Source: Gemmatimonadaceae bacterium (GTDB taxonomy: Bacteria > Gemmatimonadota > Gemmatimonadetes > Gemmatimonadales > Gemmatimonadaceae). From it: 26,022 nucleotides of DNA. The DNA is taken from contig JBDTIP010000102.1 of assembly GCA_039936295.1 (NCBI GenBank), positions 1-26,022 of the forward strand, given 5' to 3'. Both the position numbers and the translations under genes were made by a program. Shown here piece by piece: positions 25,601 to 26,022 of the stretch (position 1 is the first letter of the stretch; every line of letters starts with the position of its first letter). The notes under the pieces are model-generated. The model was not told the origin of the DNA, made no database searches, and was given only the letters and a program-made list of their open reading frames with translations.

Positions 25601-25789
25601 TGCGGTAGTCGCTTCGAGCGTCGAGAGGAGACTGCTGTAATGCTGATACTCGGTGACTTGCGACTGCTCGGTGCCGATCTTGGTCTGCATCGCCGTACCT
25701 GGCTGCGATGCGATGGTGATCAGCGAGTTCACCAGCGACGTATAGTCGAACGAGCTCCCGATGCCGGGAAACGATCCTACTGCTGTCAT
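22664..25789 (-). CDS. fliD: Flagellar filament cap protein FliD, greatly enlarged (1041 aa)
   Basis: FliD_N (G.GS.FDY..LV..L...ASQP), GTY.V.V.Q.AQA, Flagellin_IN-like I.IAASDTL..VA.KINA, FliD_C (DAKFSVDGV...RSSN.V.DVI...TLTL, YV.AYNA), C-terminal L..Q.SAMD..V. Lies between fliC and fliS. Confidence 0.93.
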   Translation of the reverse strand: MTAVGSFPGIGSSFDYTSLVNSLITIASQPGTAMQTKIGTEQSQVTEYQHYSSLLSTLEATTATMRDGTALQAVTASVTNATGTNGQPVVSASALSGASAGTYAVQVLQTAQAEKLSGSSFAGGAAPLGISGDFVINGRTVTIAASDTLTSVANKINALNSGSNASGVVASVVNDSSASQRIVLTSSQTGSAGINLVDGAQGAARQLGWVDSTESLKHPTSGGGQSDDFASATASIGSQLGLTIAPGAQTVSIGGHNVTINLATDSLTSIAASLSALPGIQATVQSTTVNGATQYFLDVRNTTSFVDSGNTLQQLGILAAGRSSVAQQLQSSAMTDGNASTAATASTLLTNLWNGGAASGTQVGDTLSISGTRGDGSAVTVSYTVGSGSTVQDLLNKLDDATTGFGAGARPATASVDAGGHIVLSDVTAGQSGLSLQMVANNQGGGRLDFGAFTTAETGRARELVQGSDAKFSVDGVSFTRSSNSVSDVIANTTLTLTSADPNVTATVNVALDSGAAQTAVQNYVTAYNAVADYIKTQQTPGVDATSNPTLFNDPLLRNARSALSSAMLSPVSGAASDLATPDTAGISLTATGDLSFDSSKFQTAFNTRYSDLTKLFMESGTASDSSVVFTAASSATQPGSYAVNITQAASQAAATGTGFSGVYSQPGAADAMTVTDLGSSASAQIQLGGGMTTAQIVAALSTTFGAAQARALQSSATLMDASGTTQATPSTLLTDLHASGGASSGVAVGDTISFSGTGTSGTPFTGSVTVGASSTITNLVTQLQTAVGSGATVSFVNGQIAVQANTAGASPLTLSLTAHNEGGGSLNLGAMNVTAAGHGLLSLNATAVGNQIQIQDNAFGSGPGFSISYSGSGNPAAQLGISAGSFHGTDVQGTIGGFAATGSGRQLVGATGTPVDGLSMAYLGTSTGAAGTLSLTQGFGSVVDQLLNGWTQTGGTISMQTQQMSDTITNQQTWLANFNSRIALQRTALLAQYSAMDSTVSQILAQGNSFLAAFSNLNGATNQNSSSSSPSRSVTSGSGA

Positions 25790-25810
25790 CTATAACTTCC
25801 TCCGTATGCG

Positions 25811-25850
25811 ACGAGCCCGTAGGAGCCAGGATAGGCCCCTACGGTCTCGT
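25811..25850. other. Long stem-loop in the fliC-fliD spacer
   Basis: mRNA strand ACGAG-A-CCGUAGG-G-GCC-UAUCCU-GGC-U-CCUACGG-G-CUCGU, ending about 10 nt before the fliD RBS (GGAGG). Confidence 0.7.
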
Positions 25851-25859
25851 AGCCAGGCT

Positions 25860-25898
25860 CGGGGAGGACGGAGATTCCTCTCCGCCTGCCTTCCCCCG
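25860..25898 (-). other. GC-rich GNRA-capped stem-loop just after the fliC stop
   Basis: Core GGCGGAGA-GGAA-UCUCCGUC (25867-25886), extendable with GGGG/CCCC arms. No U tract. Confidence 0.6.
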
Positions 25899-25908
25899 GT
25901 TAGCTCAT

Positions 25909-26022
25909 TTACTGGAAGAGCTTCAGCACGCTCTGCTGGCTCGAGTTGGCCTGCGCGAGCATGGCCGTTCCAGCCTGCTGCATGATCTGCAGCTTGCTGA
26001 AGTTGGTGAATTCCTGCGCCAT
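25909..26022 (-). CDS. fliC: Flagellin, C-terminal 37 aa (5'-truncated by window edge)
   Basis: Manual translation [37 protein letters not shown] is the conserved flagellin D0 C-terminus. Confidence 0.96.
   Translation of the reverse strand: MAQEFTNFSKLQIMQQAGTAMLAQANSSQQSVLKLFQ

Noticed and set aside
1-26022. CRISPR arrays, IS elements, integrases, tRNA/rRNA or defence systems
   Set aside because: I saw no spaced repeats of suitable length, no transposase or integrase motifs, no cloverleaf or rRNA signatures and no obvious composition shift. All repeats found are short tandem duplications.

Overview
GC-rich bacterial chromosomal DNA, about 60-65% GC by eye. Gene content and protein style suggest Gemmatimonadota, which is an inference and not a database result. 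The left two-thirds (1-16.7 kb) holds housekeeping and envelope genes. These are a secreted PIG-L/LmbE deacetylase running off the left edge, sucA, an orphan pseudo-receiver, a glycine-zipper lipoprotein, a THUMP RNA methyltransferase, a flippase-less MprF coupled to a GT39/ArnT-like transferase, an LpqC-type esterase, RecQ, MscS, and an nfeD-flotillin-sufE unit. The right third (16.7-26 kb, all minus strand) is the end of a late flagellar cluster: fliC (3' end), a very large 1041-aa fliD, an FlgN/FliT-like gene, fliS, a small unknown gene and flgM. It continues with cheY, a cheZ-like gene, a sensor-less hybrid histidine kinase (HisKA-HATPase-pseudoREC-REC-Hpt) and a REC protein with a His-less Hpt-like tail. 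The best candidate for an undescribed system is this flgM-cheY-cheZ-kinase-REC/pseudo-Hpt module, with sigma28-like promoters and no cheA/cheW/MCP in the window. It looks like a CheA-independent phosphorelay wired to CheY. I saw no rRNA, tRNA, CRISPR array or mobile element. The PIG-L gene and fliC are missing from the supplied ORF track because they are truncated by the window edges; I translated them by hand.
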